A stretch of 64,000 nt of DNA from Phoronis australis (taxonomy: Eukaryota > Animalia > Phoronida): positions 179,408 through 243,407 of the forward strand of contig NMRA01000207.1 in assembly GCA_002633005.1 (NCBI GenBank), given 5' to 3'. Below the pieces are notes generated by a model, which made no database searches, had not been told where the DNA came from, and worked only from the letters and a program-made list of their open reading frames with translations. How positions within the stretch are numbered: position 1 is the first letter of the stretch; each line of letters starts with the position of its first letter. The position numbers and the translations under genes are program-made. Positions 10,387 to 22,157 of this stretch are shown one piece after another.

Positions 10387-13300
10387 GTAAGTAGGCCATG
10401 CTGTTTATCATAATTATGTTACGCGAAGGTGACAATTTATTACCCCCATACAAACTTATCTAGATGACATTCTGCATCCTACTGAGTTTTGACACAGTTT
10501 CCGACGTCCATGTGGAGAACATGCGAGCCCGTAAGATGCTTCTGGTTAGGCCGACTGTTGGAACGAACGTTCATGTTGACATCGTAGTCATAACAATGCA
10601 AGGTTAACAAAATGTTTCCACTAACTAAAAATTAGGCAGATGATGTACGTAGGCTATAGTCTAGTGGCACGTTACATGGTCATTAATACACTTTCTCAAA
10701 TGAGATGCTTTTAATTACGCCATAGCTTAATTTGCCTTAGTATTTCCTCATAGGTTCAAACGTCTCCTAAAAATCCCCACGGTTTTTAATTCTGTAGCCT
10801 ATTTTTCACATTACATGTGTCCTAAATACAATGGGCGGCGCACCATAGGGGGCTGGGAGCTATAGCCCCCACTTTTCAGTGTTGTTCGCCCGTGTCTATG
10901 CATTCTCAGTTAACATTAATTCGTTTTAGAAGGGAATTAATTAAGAATATTGATAAATATCTCGAGTGTTGTAGACTTTCCAAAAATATGAAACAGTTGG
11001 TTATCACCGCACCTTTACTAGCAATACAAACACTTACATACCCCTCCACAAGGGAGATAACGCCAAGTTAAGAGTTAAGCCTTATCGACAAGTGTGTGTA
11101 TTAATCCAAAACTATACAAAATTTACTGTACTAGTATTTATTTTCTTAAAATAGAAAACCTGTACGTTTTGATTTCTAACTTCAGAACAGTTTGTCTAAA
11201 GCGTACGTCGGACCTTATCGACAAGTCTGCGTATTTAGTCAAATGTCAACAAAACTGGATCATTTTAACATAAAATCCTAATAGGGTCGTTGAGAACTGT
11301 GCATAACACATAGTATTTCAACGTCTCACGTGACTCCGATAAGCCATTTTTGAGATGTGATGTTCTTGTGTTTTCCTAGGATCCCATATAACCCTAAGTG
11401 TTGCCGACAGAGCGATATGAATTCATACCGTGGCGCGATTAGATATCGACTAAGCTGTAAGAGCAAATGTATCCTCAGATAAGATGATTGTAAACAGTAG
11501 CTCTGTATATCTGGATGAGCTGCACTTTACGTTAGCTTGTCATTAGTTCCTGACAATGTAATGTGTACTCCCAAGTAACTGTTTGTCATGGACTCGGTGA
11601 TACTATTTTTTGGATTGAAGCCAATGTTACTGTAGTTAAGTTCAATATGCAAATACCAATAAAACTCACACGTACGTTCATGTGTGTGTACCATAGGCGG
11701 TGCACCATAGGCTGTGCACCATAAGGGGCTGGGGGTAGGGATATAGCCCCCAACTTATTCCCGTGCTGCGCCGCCCATGTGTACGTGAGCTGATACGTCA
11801 TAGACATCACACTCACGTGGCCTAGTCAGATAAGTAGGCCTACGTATGCATATATTTAAGCAAGCATACTTACAAAGCCTACACACGTGTATGCTTTGCT
11901 ACGTATGAAGATCCATGTCTATCAAGACTTACATATCTACGCTGTCATCCTTACATAGCCTACATATTTACTAACGCACGTGCGAAGAGTATAATTTGGT
12001 AACGGTCCTTCCTTCAAGTATGGAGGTTTTACTTGGCCTGCTTGAGCGCAACAAACTCCAGATAGTAAGCAGTACAATGCGTGAAGTTTTCCACACTGTA
12101 TGTGTACGTATTGTATGTATAAAATCTGTCATACAGGTACACGCACGCGTACGTGCGTACATTCATAGAAATATTGCACAGAACTACGAAATTTATGTAA
12201 AATGTAGATCAATTTGGTTTGAGTGGAACTGATGTTTTTATTTTTTGTGGACGATATGAGGCATCAAACGTGCCACCACGTTCCCACAATATGCGCGTAC
12301 TAACACCGCTCATTACACGTTTGTACGACTCCTCTTACGCATTCTCTGAGTAAAGAATTATGGGAAATATGCAACCTCTTTCCATCTTTCGTCGCCGTGC
12401 ATGATTCCCATAGTTCTTCATTGTAGACCTGCGTGAGAAAGCCGTAGACATATCAGTTGTTGCTTACTGCTTGCATTGCAAGTGATAGATTGGAGATACA
12501 TGTTGGTATTCCGCAACTTTGGGCTCCAAAGTTGTGAAGTAGTTGTCTGCACCACTTACAAGAACAAATAACTTCGAAGCAAATACCCCATCAGAGCATT
12601 TGATAAAAGTTACGCATCTGCTGGAAATCTTTGAAAACATTTGTGGAAATATATTCGGGAAAATCAACTTCAACTTATTCTTTGAATCAAAATTCAAGGT
12701 TGTAATAGTTTACATTTGATGTCCGCATGCAAAATGCGTTGTAAAACGACAAAAATTAACAAAAAATTAAAAACGGTAAAAGAGTTTTTTTTTCTAAAGT
12801 TACTAAAATGACATCGCCTATTTTACTGCGCAAGTATCCACCCCGCGTTGAAGGATAACTATGCTCGTAGTGTTTTTGAATGTTGAGTAAAAACAATTAC
12901 TGCACCTACTATCAGGGTCTACATCACGTGTTTTTATGTTTCTGGGAAAACTCGCCCTCTTCCACCTCTTTATGTATTAGATATCGCACTTAGAAAAGGG
13001 CAATTTGAATTCATTCCGATGCTCCTTTCTCCTTGTTTGTTTTCGTCGCCGCCTTTGGAAATGGGCCACAAAGGAAATCTAGGCTTTGACTATATTGTTG
13101 GACTAAAAAAGTATTAATGCGGTTATTTCATTATTTATAGTCGTAGCTCCAAATTTTGCTCCCTGAAAGGAGATTTACAACAAGAATGTCCTGCTATTTT
13201 ACGATCTCGTCCAAGGCAAGTAGCGTTGCAAAAACCACAATCTACGCGCAGTGATAATATGTCATTAATCATCGTGATTCCATAAACTGTCAAACACACG

Positions 13301-16300
13301 CATAAATAAATAAATGCTCCCAGTCTCTTTTTGCAAAAGGCGTAGCCTGTAGCGTACAGTCAAGGTAAACATTTGGTTCTTACAGACCTTTTGTTTGTTC
13401 ATACACAGAATCAGATATTGCACGCCCAAGTCACGTGGTACGTAGCTGAGGTAACACTTCGCGCGTGCTAACACTTCGCGCGTGCTACTGCGTAGATGAA
13501 CCTTTGAAAGTTAGGCAGCCTATTAAATGTAAAAGCTAGTGATTAGGTGAGATCTGGAAAGACTTCTGTCACGTTCGAGATACAACATAGTTGGCTCAGG
13601 TTGCAAAATTTCGTAATTAAAATTCATACAGTTAGGTTGAATATTGAACGATTTGTTACCCAGGCTCGCGCGACGTCATGGTACAGACTGGTTTTAGCAA
13701 GACTACGTCTCTCCCGCAGCGTGTAAAGACTAATAGTAAAACCGACGGGCGGCGTGCTGGACACAGAAGACACGAGACAAATCGCTGATTGCGCGCTCTG
13801 TGACCAAATTGAGAAGAGGAGTACTATATTTACCGGGAACTTCCGATTATAGGCCCATGGACAGATGCAGATTTTGTTAAACAAACATTACTTGTTATTT
13901 TTTTAAATAAACATGCCGTGTTCTTTATTCTTCCATACTTATTTCGCACTCAGCGAACGCAGTGCTCTAAAATTTCACTTCATACTGTGCGAACAGAACA
14001 ATCCGTCAGACTTTCAAAACACCCAAACAGTTACAGAAAGTACGGTCATGGGCGTACTTTTAGAAAATTGTCCGAAAATACGCCCTTGGGCATTACGTCT
14101 CTTGGTGTTTTGCTTCGTAACTGCACGCCTGAAGACAGGAGATAGTGAAGAAACTACGAGCGATTGTATAATAAGATGTCCAACAAACGGTAAAGTCGTG
14201 CCTTCAACCAAGAGCTGCTCCGAAGTTACCATTCATAAGACAGGGGCGGATCCAGGATTTTGAGTTGGGGGGGACAGGGCAGAGTATTAGCCAGGATTTT
14301 AGCTTTCAGACTTTCACACCCTCGAACTGCCAAATGGAATCTGGGGAAATTTCAGGGGGTGGCATGGCCCCCTTGGCCCCCCTCTAAATACGCCACTGTA
14401 AGAGTAAACATTTTGAGGAAAATTTCGCAAACACCCAAAATCTGCGAGTGCTAATACAGCTCTTAAAAATTATACAAATAATAACGACTTCTAAAAACCA
14501 ACAATATAAGTGTAAAGTAGATTTGAACCGAATGTGACAGTTAAATGTTGTATGTTAACATTTTTAGTATTTCTAATCTCGATTTTGATTAAACATTAAA
14601 AAAATGTTTGACGGTGCTAATCAAGGGACAAGACGCACACGAACATAGAGATATAGTGTTGCCCTAAATATGGATATTTTAAAAAAAAAATCAAAATGAT
14701 TGTTCTCGTGCTACTTGCTAAAAGCTGAACTTGCATGAAGTCTGTAGAGCAAAATTTGCCGATGTACAAAAAGAGCAAAAGACATCCGATGTACGTTGTT
14801 GTACGGCCAGTCTTATCTGAAACCTCTGTACCTCTGTTGCTTACTGGAACTCTTACGAAAACGTCGCTACTGTGCGAACGCCTGACCTTAGCAAACGCGG
14901 CATCAGCTAAGGTAAAAACCGTGCGTACGATGTTTGGTAAAACGAACCCAGACCAGGATGGTAGGCCTACATGGTTGTTCAGTTTTTTTAAAATACACAC
15001 ATTTTGTGACTTGCATTTTATTGTTGTAGGTATTTGGCGACGGTTCTGTGGCACAGAAGGTTTTATTTCCTGGAAATCTTGGTACCAATTTGTCCATCCA
15101 CATAGCTTACGGACTAGCGGTCACGTTTGGCGTCTATGTATCCGGCGGAGTGTCAGGTTGTTTCTTTGATCTCTGAGCATAAATCTCCTTTTTAAAGCTG
15201 ATATATCAAGTTCTTGAGATACACGAAAGCGCATTATTTTCACTGTGTTAGCTTCAACGACTTGTACAACAATTCAAAAATAGCAACGGCCACAAGCTTT
15301 ATATTTTGGTCGTTACTCTTCGCAAAAACAACTTCCCAAAATGTTGATGTGTATTCAATATCACAATTCTATTTTACTTTGCTCTTTGGATTTCATATTC
15401 GTGGAAGAAAACTAATATCAGCTACAAAAACATTTAGTTTCTGTGCTGTAAAACACACAGGTGACTTGACTCAAGGGGTAGGCTATTTTGACGTTAAGAC
15501 AAGCTAATTAACTAATATTATTCTTTCCCAGGCGGGCATATAAATCCCTCGGTCTCTGTTGCCATGGCAGTGATCGGACGTTTCAAGTGGACCAAATTAC
15601 TGTGTTACACCATCGCGCAGTATGTCGGCTGCTTTCTTGGTGCGGCTGCTGTTTATGGAATTTATTACGGTAAACACACTTGTTGTCGCACTCGGTGTTG
15701 AATTGTGTTGATCGTAAGAATACGTTGATTTAAAAGGCACTTGAATGTAGAATTACACCATGAATTCCATATTTTTTATTTAACTTCAGCACGATTTTAA
15801 AATTAAGGAATGGGTTTTAAAATTTGTATTTAAAACGCTGTCTCCAGATAACTTTAGTTTATTCTAATGGGAAGCCAGTGACCACAAAGAACGGCATTAA
15901 CAGTATTTCAACACAACCGATAATATTTGCAGTGCACAGAAATCGCTTGGCAATTATCCTGCTATGCTGCGTTCAAGTACACAGGCGAAGAATTTGATGC
16001 GGTTCCTTTTGAACCCGGGATGCCGATAGTTTTAGTCGGCTACTCGTACTACCGAGTGCCTTTGTTTTAAATATATTCCAATTTACCACGTTAGTGCCGA
16101 ATTAAAGGCCTTATCTCAAGGACCTATTCTGGTTGAAACACTTGAAAATATAAACCAAATTAAATAATGTGTCACATTCTATAATTTTCCTGTTTTCTGT
16201 TATCAAACTTGACAAGCTAATTGTTATCTATTTCCGTGAACTGGGTTCTTTGTAAATGAGTTAGGAACGATTCCGGAATGACGGCCAAGTTGTCCTTGAA

Positions 16301-19300
16301 AACGTATTCACCTTGTTATTTTGTTAGATTGTTTGCGATTCACATTTTGTGTTCTTTTTCTTCATTTAAATTTGGTTTTCTTTTGTCCATATGCTTGCAC
16401 ATGACACCTAGCATTCAATATAATTGTAAACTGAAATCATGCCGGGTTAATACGTCGCACTTGCCGCAGCCAGTAGTGAAGTCTCCCCGGCGACTCATTA
16501 CGACAGTACAGCAAAACGCAATTAAAGTACTAATCACTCTGGTAATAAATTTAATGAAAAATCTTGCAAGCGCATTTTCTTGTTGCCCTACTTATCCATT
16601 TCGTTAGGATGACCCGCAGGTAACGATGGCAATCACGTCCAACAACTAACCGTGAAGTGTTTTTTTCTGGACCCGAAACCTAAAACCAGCCTGTGGCACT
16701 CGTAGTAATTCGTTCTGCTCCGGGCTGCCACCAAAATGTCCTCGTTTTCGAGTGCCTCATTTTGGCTACGACGCGTCGCACCTACTTTGTAAGGAGCCCT
16801 ATGCTGTAGCTTGGTTAGCATAATGGCCAATCCGGCACTGCACAACAGCCATGACTACGTCAGTTGTGACTACGTTGTCATGACTACGTCTACATCAGCC
16901 ACGACTTCGTCAGCTGTGACTACGTAGACATGATTACAACAGCCTGACTTCGTCAGCTGTGACTACGTAGACATGATTACAACAGCCTGACTTCGTCAGC
17001 TGTGACTACGTAGACATGACTACAGCAGCCTGACTTCGTCAGCTGTGACTACGTAGACATGATTACAACAGCCTGACTTCGTCACTGAGCTGTGACTACG
17101 TAGACATGACTACAACAGCCTGACTTCGTCAGCTGTGACTACGTAGACATGACTACAACAGCCTGACTTCGTCAGCTGTGACTACGTAGACATGATTACA
17201 ACAGCCTGACTTTGTCAGCCACGACTACGTCATACACGACTAAATCAACCATCGAAAGAACTTGGTTAAGCATACATTCGTGCTCGTAAATTGACCGCCG
17301 CAAAAACTGTTTAAATTTTGCCCGTCAGGAGGACTGTCATCTTACAACAAATGTAATCTATAATAGGATCTGGCGCAATCCCAAAATATCGCCTTGATCG
17401 AATGTTCAGATTCGCTTTGCAAATGTTCGAGGCGGATGTGGGTTGTCTTCCATACATGTAGGTGGGCTAGTACGGAACTATATGGGTTTTTGTCCTCTCA
17501 GGAAATAATTTTGAGTTCAAGTGTCGTATTCGGTTGATATTTTCTTTTCTTGGGTATCGTCCAGGTTGGGTGTGTTGGCTTGATACTTCCCTTCGCGTTT
17601 AGTGAACGAGAGAAGTGGCGACAGGGAAGGAATGACGTAAGTAGTATTGATTGCGGTGTGGCATTCTGCTCGACAGGTGTCGTTTTGGGTGAACAAATTT
17701 CCTTCCCTGCGCCCCAACTAAAAGAGAACACGTTCCTTTAGACCAAAGGAATTCACCGCATCATGGTGTGCAGTTTTGGTTTCAGATGCCATAGCGAATT
17801 TCGACGGGGGCGTGCGAGCAACTACGGGTCCAAACGCCACAGCAGGGATATTTGCCACATACCCTCAGGACTTTGTGTCAACCACCACTTGTTTCTTTGA
17901 CCAGGTAACTGTTTCACATCACGGAGCCGTGTTTGCTGAAAACTTGCTATAGCAACACTTTACGTTTATTTTAGTGTTAGAACTTGAGCTTCACCCACCA
18001 GGTGTCGTTATGCGTTCTTCTGTAATCATTTTAAATCTAATTCGAAATTTGTAGTCTGAATGGCCGGTCTTATACCTTAAAATGAAATGTAAAACTATGA
18101 AAGCAGGTTCTTTGAAGATGCGCTTTCCAAGAGGGTTTTGAAAAGAAAATAAGTTTCATCAAATAAAAATATCACTAATAGTTTTCCATAAATAACAGCC
18201 AGGTACATTTTCGCCTTTGCGTTTTACATCATAATTAAATTCAACTTAAAAATAGTACATATTGAATTCTGTTTAATATCACGTTGAAAGAGCTCATGTG
18301 GCCCATAGGTATATTTGATGAATATGCAAATCTTAAACCGGCGTGGAAATACGGATCACATATATTTTTACGTCTGGTCTGCACGCCATCTATTGGCCAC
18401 ATCACGTTACCTCATGAACATAAGTCCTGTTCTAGTCCCGGTCCGGGGTCAGAAATCTTTTCGCACTTATGTTCATTAGGTCACGTGATGCGGCCAATAG
18501 GTGGCGTGCAGTCCAGACTTAAAAATGTTTGTGATATATATCTGATGAAATTGATTTGCGTTTTTTCACGAAATTGAAAAAAAAAGTTTCTTCGACGGAT
18601 CAGAATAGATATTGCAGAACCTACCTTTTAGAAATATGACGTTTCGTGACAAGGGCAAAACATATTGTCCGCGAGGTTCTTGGCAAAACATGATACTTGA
18701 AATTTAAAAATCTTCCAAATGCCTTCGAGGAGATCTTTGATTTGCTTCAAAAATTGTATTCTTCAAAAGGTGTTTGGAACTGCTCTTCTTGTCGGCTGTA
18801 TCTTGGCGATCACAGATAAACGAAATATGGAGACGCCAAAAGCCGCCGTACCTTTTGCCGTCGGGGGTCTAGTGGCAACATTGGGAATGTCGTTTGGCTC
18901 CAACTGTGGCTACGCTATCAACCCGGCTAGAGATTTAGGTCCGCGATTGTTCACCTTAGTCGCTGGATGGGGAACCGAGCCGTTCAGGTAGGCAATATAA
19001 ATGCTCAAATCTGTCAAGACTCATTGCCTGGGCTCTAATCTTCGATCTCGAACTCCAAATTGTACTTGACATTTTCAGTCCCACTTAGTGCAAACTCAAG
19101 ATACGTGTTTATTATTCTGTGCCCAAGTACTTTATGGTCTACATGGATGAATGTTTATTCCTAGTCCGCACTTAATGACTACGTCACTAAAGCTTTAAAT
19201 TTATGTTTCGAAATCTCGAGTTTAAACTCGAGATTGGAGCCAGTATTAATATGTCCTCAAGTGTGAACTAGGACCAGAAATTCATCTGCAGAAGCCATAA

Positions 19301-20932
19301 TATACTTGAGCTTGCCATGATGGGTCCATAATAAGTACAACAAAAGTGTCACGAACTATTTTAGAGCGCGCGTTCGGAGATTTGACCCCAGGCATATGTG
19401 CTGCCAAATTACTATTGAACACAGCATGCTCTAGTTGCACTTAGCCGCACGACAGAAATAATCACACCAGGCTGCGCTGTGTGCTAACAACATGCCACAT
19501 TTGATCTTAGTTGACAAGAATGTCACACACGTATTTGATTGACATTAGACATCTTCTTTATTGTGGTTCTTCCCAATAGTTTCAGGAATTATAACTTCTT
19601 CTGGGTACCCATCATCGGACCTCACGTGGGCGCCATCTTAGGAGCTCTCGCCTACTTGGTGCTGGTTGAGCTGCACTGGCCGGATCAAGTCTCATTTGCC
19701 GAACAAGATAATCCTGGCTTCAAGCTTGGTAAGAACTTATTCTTCATCTTTTATTCTCTATGTGGAAATAGCATTTGGTGGTGTTGCAGAGTTACTTGAC
19801 TTCTTTGAACACAGTCATTCGTGGTTGCTGTGCCGAAAAAGATCGGATTCACTACGGACAGTAAAATATCATAGTCATTTATATCGTTTCCGTTATACCA
19901 CTATGTTCATTGTTGTCACCATCCTCGCATTAAACATCAACATTAATATCGCCAACAATACCTTTGTGCGCTTCATCATTGTTGCCATCGTCAACGTCAT
20001 CATCATCATCTTCACCACCGATCGTCACGATCGGTGTTATCTTATAACCATCATCATCATCCGACTCACCGTTGCCATGGTTACCACCAGCGACAACATG
20101 GCCGTCTTCACAGTCACGTTAACGCCACCACCACTTCCACTGGAAACACGCAATCGTTATCATCGTTGTCATCTTGATTATAATTTGATCGCTGACTATC
20201 CCTAGCCATCACCGCCAGTGACGTGTTGTCGATTTCACGGCAGTTGTACGCCTCTCCGAAATCGCGTAGTCGTCGTTTTGCTTATGTCAGTCTGCGGCAA
20301 ACCGTTTTCAAGGCACAAAAATGAAACTGAATTGGCCTTTATTATAATCATTTGCCTTTTCTGCCAGTTTCGTCCTGATTTATATTGAATTAAGTTAAGA
20401 AGACGCATTAGATTTAAAAGCGAACTTAAGTTAAAACTCAACGTTTTGAGATCGTGCTCTTTGTCAAAGGGAGTGCCCAAGACAAGAGTCTAACATGGGC
20501 GGCGCACCATGGGGGGCTGGGGGGGGGTCTATAGCCCCACTTTTTTCAGTGCTCCGGTGTTTTTTCAGTGCTGCGCCGCCAATGTTTAAACATATTTTTA
20601 TCCCTTTTCGTTTGGTAACTCTATAATGATTATCTCCTCTGGTACATATCTTATTGCAGATAAAGGGACACGTGGCAAGAAAGGATATATTCCCTGGTTA
20701 CTGCCGTCGCGTCGACGTCATGGTCGTCATTGCTATGGCTGTAACCTTTCTCGCTTCGCGGCTGCTACAAATATGTGCTTTTTTCTCTTGTTGTCTGCTT
20801 CACGTGTAAATCCGCTTAATATGTATTTCACATGTAGTTCTTGGTGATTTTTCATTCCCTGAAATATTTACAGAATCAAATACTTCACAAGTAGAGCTGG
20901 TGGAGGCTGAAAACAAAGGTGAACGGACCTGA
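10282..20932 (+). CDS. AQP3/9-like: Aquaglyceroporin (MIP family, AQP3/7/9/10 clade), 7 coding exons, 304 aa
   Basis: Exons 10282-10386, 15030-15156, 15532-15669, 17786-17904, 18770-18987, 19580-19728 and 20874-20932 join through GT-AG introns in compatible phases (915 nt). Motifs [27 protein letters not shown] and [13 protein letters not shown]; D after the second NPA-R is diagnostic of glyceroporins. Confidence 0.95.
10831..11779. mobile_element. MITE family C (ATGGGCGGCGCA...TGCGCCGCCCAT) in aquaporin intron 1
   Basis: Matching terminal inverted sequences at 10831 and 11779, with related GC-rich blocks at 10831-10880 and 11693-11779. A compact copy lies at 20494-20584. Confidence 0.55.
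14241..14398. mobile_element. MITE family B copy
   Basis: CAGGGGCGGATCC...TACGCCACTG flanked by TAAGA direct repeat; reverse homolog of 6382-6527. Confidence 0.75.
15030..15156 (+). CDS. AQP3/9-like: Aquaglyceroporin exon 2
   Basis: tag|[42 protein letters not shown](G)|gttgt. Confidence 0.93.
15532..15669 (+). CDS. AQP3/9-like: Aquaglyceroporin exon 3 (NPS box)
   Basis: cag|[46 protein letters not shown]|gtaaac. Confidence 0.94.
16843..17250. repeat. 43-bp higher-order minisatellite in aquaporin intron 3
   Basis: About 7 near-identical units TGACTACGTAGACA-TGATTACAACAGCC-TGACTTCGTCAGCTG, with degenerate 14-15 bp monomers at both edges. Confidence 0.95.
17786..17904 (+). CDS. AQP3/9-like: Aquaglyceroporin exon 4
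   Basis: cag|[40 protein letters not shown]|gtaact. Confidence 0.94.
18355..18535. repeat. Fold-back element in aquaporin intron 4
   Basis: About 70-bp arms: ATCACATATATTTTTACGTCTGG..GCACGCCA.CTATTGGCC.CATCACGT.ACCT.ATGAACATAAGT and its reverse complement at 18466-18535. Confidence 0.75.
18770..18987 (+). CDS. AQP3/9-like: Aquaglyceroporin exon 5 (NPA box 2)
   Basis: aag|[19 protein letters not shown]...[26 protein letters not shown]|gtaggc. Confidence 0.95.
19580..19728 (+). CDS. AQP3/9-like: Aquaglyceroporin exon 6
   Basis: tag|[37 protein letters not shown]...FKL|gtaaga. Confidence 0.92.
19905..20180. repeat. Degenerate (ATC/ACC)n low-complexity tract
   Basis: Triplet-periodic CAT/CAC-rich sequence in intron 6; it accounts for the spurious 179-aa Ile/Thr-rich ORF. 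Confidence 0.7.
20494..20584. mobile_element. MITE family C compact copy
   Basis: CATGGGCGGCGCACCAT...GTGCTGCGCCGCCAATG. Confidence 0.65.
20874..20932 (+). CDS. AQP3/9-like: Aquaglyceroporin probable terminal exon 7
   Basis: Phase-1 acceptor tttacag| followed by [19 protein letters not shown]. Assigned from splice phase and composition only. Confidence 0.65.
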
Positions 20933-21339
20933 AGACCAGACGCTTTGGTTGCATATTGAAAGGATGTTAGTCATCGACTTTACTACATTAATCAAATACG
21001 CCACACAAAGTATTATAAGTGGCATCATTCAGTTTATCATCGAACACTGGCACGGGTAAATCTCTGGCATTTGGCAGATCATCTCGGATGTACGCGAATC
21101 GTGCGTCTGCAGTTGCCTTCCATACTTCCTTTAGACGCCGCTTGTTCGACAAACTGTTTGTGAACTGTAAATTACACACGAGCTGAAGGACCCAATGCTT
21201 GACAATGAGCATAGGTTTTCATTTTAGGATCTGGATCGTCAGGTGTACTTTATTTTTTTCCAAGTACTTCACCTTTTTTCGCAACGTCTCCTTAATGATA
21301 ATGTACAACTGCATGCCATCATTGGGAACTGGGGTTATG

Positions 21340-22157
21340 TGCCGGGTTGCATGAAACAGTCTCAAATAGGGACTCAACTAAGTTTCCTAAATCTTTTGCC
21401 CTATTTACGTCTTTGTTTACACACAGATGTAATCTTTTTCTGTCATTTCTTTGTTATTGTGAGCTCCCCTTTCGCTAATGATATTTTCTAATAAATATAA
21501 CTAAAATCTGAGCCAAAAATTCAATGAAAACAAATAGGGACTTAGTCCTTAAGTTAGGAGCGTTGCATGAAAAGATCCCTAAACATTATCGATAATATTG
21601 AGAATTCAGCTTTGAGTTCACTCTCAAGTTGTATCAAAATCAAAAGTTGACTTACATGTACAGTGTAGTAATGAAACTCAAACAGCATAACATAGATTAA
21701 TTCTTATTGACACAACCAAGCAAAAACGCTGTAGGCCTACCTTGACAGTTTCGGCTACTCACAGCAGCCATCTTCGAAAGATTTTGGACACTAGGTGGCG
21801 ATGTGATGACACTGTTCCAAATTTTAGACAATTTATATCCCCCATCGCCTCTGTTCATAATTGAGTCACTTTTTTCACCCAAATAGACTCTGTAATCCGT
21901 CTAGATCTCAAGTTATTTTCCGTCTCGACAGGACGAGCATCTTTCCAGTTAATTACGTGTCACGGTAACAACGTTTTTGCTTGGTTGTGCCAATAAGAAT
22001 TAATATATGTGTTCTCTACCAACCTTATGAAATTATTTAGACAAGTGTCAAACACCATAAGAAAGGACAATCAGTGTTTTCACAAGTCAAAAAATACGCA
22101 GGAGATTTAGGGAACTTAGTTGAGTCCCTATCTGGGACTGTTTCATGCAACCGGGCA
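21340..22157. mobile_element. MITE with ~60-bp TIRs containing a nested Penelope-like fragment
   Basis: TGCCGGGTTGCATGAAACAGTC.CA.ATAGGGACTCAACTAAGTT.CCTAAATCT at 21340-21399 is inverted at 22098-22157. ATG flanks both ends. Confidence 0.75.
21696..22004 (-). mobile_element. Penelope-like retroelement 3' remnant with hammerhead motif and inverted terminus
   Basis: Minus-strand HVINWKDAR..ESIW and MNRGDGGYKLSKIW (GIY-YIG C-terminus). Hammerhead-like fold at 21741-21780. A 33-bp inverted repeat at 21696-21728 / 21972-22004 brackets it. Confidence 0.75.

Noticed and set aside
14617-15169. 144-145 aa overlapping ORFs
   Set aside because: They are intronic or out-of-frame overlaps of aquaporin exon 2 with no recognisable domain.
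16843-17250. CRISPR array
   Set aside because: Units are contiguous with no unique spacers, there are no cas genes, and the context is a eukaryotic intron.
19666-20205. 179-aa ORF as a membrane protein
   Set aside because: Produced by a degenerate (ATC)n tract within aquaporin intron 6.
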